64,000 bases of DNA from a virus (Duplodnaviria > Caudoviricetes). Shown piece by piece: positions 63,992 to 64,000 of this stretch (the first letter of the stretch is position 1; each line of letters opens with the position of its first letter). The notes under the pieces are model-generated. The model saw nothing but the letters and a program-made list of their open reading frames with translations, was not told where the DNA came from and did not search any database. The position numbers and the translations under genes were made by a program. The DNA is taken from positions 5,878-69,877 of the IMG/VR virus record IMGVR_UViG_3300033463_000099; one strand, 5' to 3'.

Positions 63992-64000
63992 CGGCGGATG

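Noticed and set aside
1-64000. CRISPR array, tRNA or rRNA genes
   Set aside because: No regularly spaced direct repeats and no cloverleaf/T-loop consensus in any intergenic gap; gaps are short.
1-64000. Stop-codon reassignment
   Set aside because: Genes tile densely with standard code 11, and TAG, TGA and TAA all terminate recognisable genes at sensible ends.

Overview
The window is almost the whole genome of a GC-rich temperate tailed phage, probably podovirus-like: it has portal, capsid, adaptor and nozzle genes plus ejection-type genes, but no tape-measure, tube or sheath gene was recognised. The + strand (1-38264) is the late region. It runs from the 3' end of the terminase large subunit through portal, scaffold, major capsid, decoration protein, adaptors, a tail fibre, an unexplained block of signal-peptide and lipoprotein genes, nozzle, two more tail/receptor proteins and internal virion proteins. 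It ends in a 4,987-aa polyvalent DarB-like protein with a metallopeptidase motif, a ParB-like domain, two methyltransferase domains, a SNF2 helicase and an LPD38-like tail. An AT-rich attP/promoter region and a tyrosine integrase follow (38265-39819). The - strand (39861-59881 and 60626-64000) carries the early, replication and accessory genes: a C5 methyltransferase, Tad2/DUF2829, DUF4406, an HD protein, Gp37/68, ParB, a MazG-like protein, RusA, primase-helicase, SF2 helicase, SSB, AAA ATPases, an HNH endonuclease and PcfJ/PcfK. A cI/RHH switch lies at about 59.7-60.6 kb. No host genes flank the integrase, so this looks like the excised or free form. Protein signatures hint at a PVC-superphylum host (inference). 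The best candidates for new biology are: (1) a stand-alone, catalytically degenerate SPP1/PBSX-type terminase ATPase domain next to the integrase, from a different family than the phage's own TerL; (2) an envelope cassette with tandem YceK/YidQ-like lipoproteins, Thr-Asn-enriched secreted proteins and no recognisable endolysin; (3) a recurring F-A-[TS]-P-[EQ]-[LF]-D linker that brackets modules of the giant protein. All family assignments come from motif recognition by eye; no searches were run.
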